Below are positions 61,622 through 64,000 of a stretch of 64,000 bases of DNA, in pieces (the stretch's first letter is position 1; each line of letters begins with the position of its first letter). Below the pieces are notes generated by a model. That model was not told the DNA's origin, made no database searches, and worked only from the letters and a program-made list of their open reading frames with translations. Source of the DNA: Octopus sinensis (Eukaryota); contig NC_043015.1 in assembly GCF_006345805.1 (NCBI RefSeq), forward strand, positions 31,434,001 through 31,498,000. The letters run 5' to 3'. Made by a program: the position numbers and the translations under genes.

Positions 61622-62076
61622 GTAAGTAAAAAGTATTTCACTAGTTCTTTTTCTTTTATTATTATTATTACTAATATTAGTATTATTAATATTATTATTT
61701 TTTTTATTGCAATTAGAAAGCGTTCATCTATGAATGGCTTTATTAAAGAAATAGGGTGGATAGAGAATAGTTGTGAGATTTGATAAATATCTTATGTATG
61801 AATTGGAATAGAGTAATATGTACTTACATTTCTCTCTCTCTCTCTTTCTTTCTCCCTCTCTCTCTATCTATTTCTTTATCATTTTATCTGTCTATCCATC
61901 CATCTGTCAGTTTGTCTCTCTATCCTACTATCACTTTTTCTCTCCATCCATCCATCCACTGTTTCATCTATTCAACTATCTGTTTGTTTTTATCTATCTA
62001 TCTATCCATCTGTCTATATTTTAACCTATCTGTCCATCTACATTTACACATACACACACATAAATAAATAGACATA

Positions 62077-62116
<40 letters not shown>

Positions 62117-62410
62117 TATACAAGTATTAGCAATTCAAATTCCTCAGAAAGTTAACTTAAAATTAAAATTACAAAGTGAGATAGGGGCTGTGAGTGTAAC
62201 CCTCTATGGGATAACATATATCCAATATACTGCCAGTAAAGCACCCAGTAATGCTAATACATAAATGCTAAGAATTGCAATGCAATTAATTCATTTATTG
62301 TATTATATGGGCGAAGGTAAAATGTTTTACCTCAAATTCATAATACATGAATTGGTATTATCTAGTGGTTGATGATTGATTAAAATGTATTCCTTCATTT
62401 TCTTATTTTG

Positions 62411-62448
<38 letters not shown>

Positions 62449-62619
62449 ATATATATAAATGTATATAAATACATATATCTTTTATCTTTTACTTGTTTCA
62501 ATCATTGGACTGTCAGCATGATGGGGAACCACCTTGAAAAATGTTAATCAAATAAATTAACCCCCATAACTTATTTTTATTTTATAATAATATAAATAAC
62601 AGAAACTCATATCAAGGGG

Positions 62620-62625
62620 ATATAT

Positions 62626-62681
<56 letters not shown>

Positions 62682-63287
62682 CATATATAAAATATAAATA
62701 TATAACACACACACACACATATATATTTATATATAAACATATATATATAAAAATATATATATTAGTATATAAAGATACAGAAATACACACAATATATGTA
62801 TATATAAATATAAACAGAAAATACACACATAATATATGTAATAGAAATTATAATAAAAACACACATATATATGTATATATAAATATACAGAAATACACAC
62901 ATATATATATGTATATATAAATATATACAAAAACACCACATATATATGTATATATAATATATATAAAAACACACACATATATAAACACATATATATATTT
63001 ATACATAAACACCACACATATATAAACACATATATATATACATAAACACACATATATAAACACATATATATATTTATACATAAACACACATATATATATA
63101 AACATATATTATTATATCTATAAACATATATTTATATTATTATATAAACATATATTTATATATATTATAAACCATATTTATATATAATATATAAACATAT
63201 ATTTATATATATATATTAAACATATATTATATATATAAAACATATTTATATATTATAATAACATATATTAATATATAAACATATAGT

Positions 63288-63348
<61 letters not shown>

Positions 63349-63490
63349 AATAGATATATATCTACATAATTTATATATATATATAAACATATATATATAT
63401 ATATATACATATATTTATATATATATTTAAACCTATATTTATATATATATAAACATATATTTATATATATATATAAACATATATTATTAT

Positions 63491-63525
<35 letters not shown>

Positions 63526-63769
63526 AACATATATTTATATATATATCGCCATGTTGATTCGTTAGCTACTGCACGCATTTTTTTTCTCTCCTTCTTTCTG
63601 TGTTTTTCTCTCTCTGTGTATCTTCTGTTGAGAGCGTAGGCTCGAAACGTTAAAGACTTGTTTTATTTATATTTCCTGAGCGCCATACTAATACAATTGT
63701 TCGTTTGTTTTCCACCTGCCTTCATCTTTTGTTTATTTTCATAAAGCTTCCCGTTATATATATAAACAT

Positions 63770-63801
<32 letters not shown>

Positions 63802-63846
63802 AAACATATTATATATATATATATATATATATAGATATATAAACAA

Positions 63847-63885
<39 letters not shown>

Positions 63886-63970
63886 ATATATTTATATATA
63901 TATATATATATAAACATATATTTATATATATATATATATAAACATATATTTATATATATATATATATATA
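62620..63970. repeat. (TA)n / TAAACATA-type low-complexity tract
   Basis: Direct reading; interrupted by one hammerhead-repeat unit at ~63545-63755. Confidence 0.9.
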
Positions 63971-64000
63971 TCTGTGTGCATGCCCAACAGAGTTTAAGTA

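Overview
AT-rich, repeat-dense eukaryotic DNA. The SINE, MITE and microsatellite content looks like a coleoid cephalopod, probably Octopus; this is inferred from recalled repeat families, not from a search. Two host genes are well supported. (1) The last coding exon of an RNF168/RNF169-family ubiquitin ligase (+, 859-1646), carrying the MIU and LR motifs. (2) A complete 19-coding-exon PELP1 (Rix1-family) gene (-, 27767->2823, 758 aa), assembled by hand; every junction is GT-AG and phase-consistent. The two genes lie tail-to-tail. The rest is mostly mobile DNA: tRNA-derived SINEs, an RTE-tail short repeat family, RTE, CR1-like and CRE-like LINE fragments, a solo LTR with 4-bp TSD that splits the CRE-like element, hAT/Tc1/piggyBac-type MITEs, a non-autonomous Helitron, several foldback palindromes and long (TA)n tracts. 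The most interesting unexplained signal is a dispersed ~190-bp repeat, once in tandem, carrying a minimal type-I hammerhead-ribozyme-like motif with a non-canonical core (retrozyme/Penelope-like). Also notable are a tentative 4-exon orphan gene (-, 41735->33649) invisible in the ORF track, and a 4-kb alternating-orientation duplication (43.5-47.6 kb) that may be an assembly artefact. All coordinates were counted by hand; repeat boundaries are approximate.
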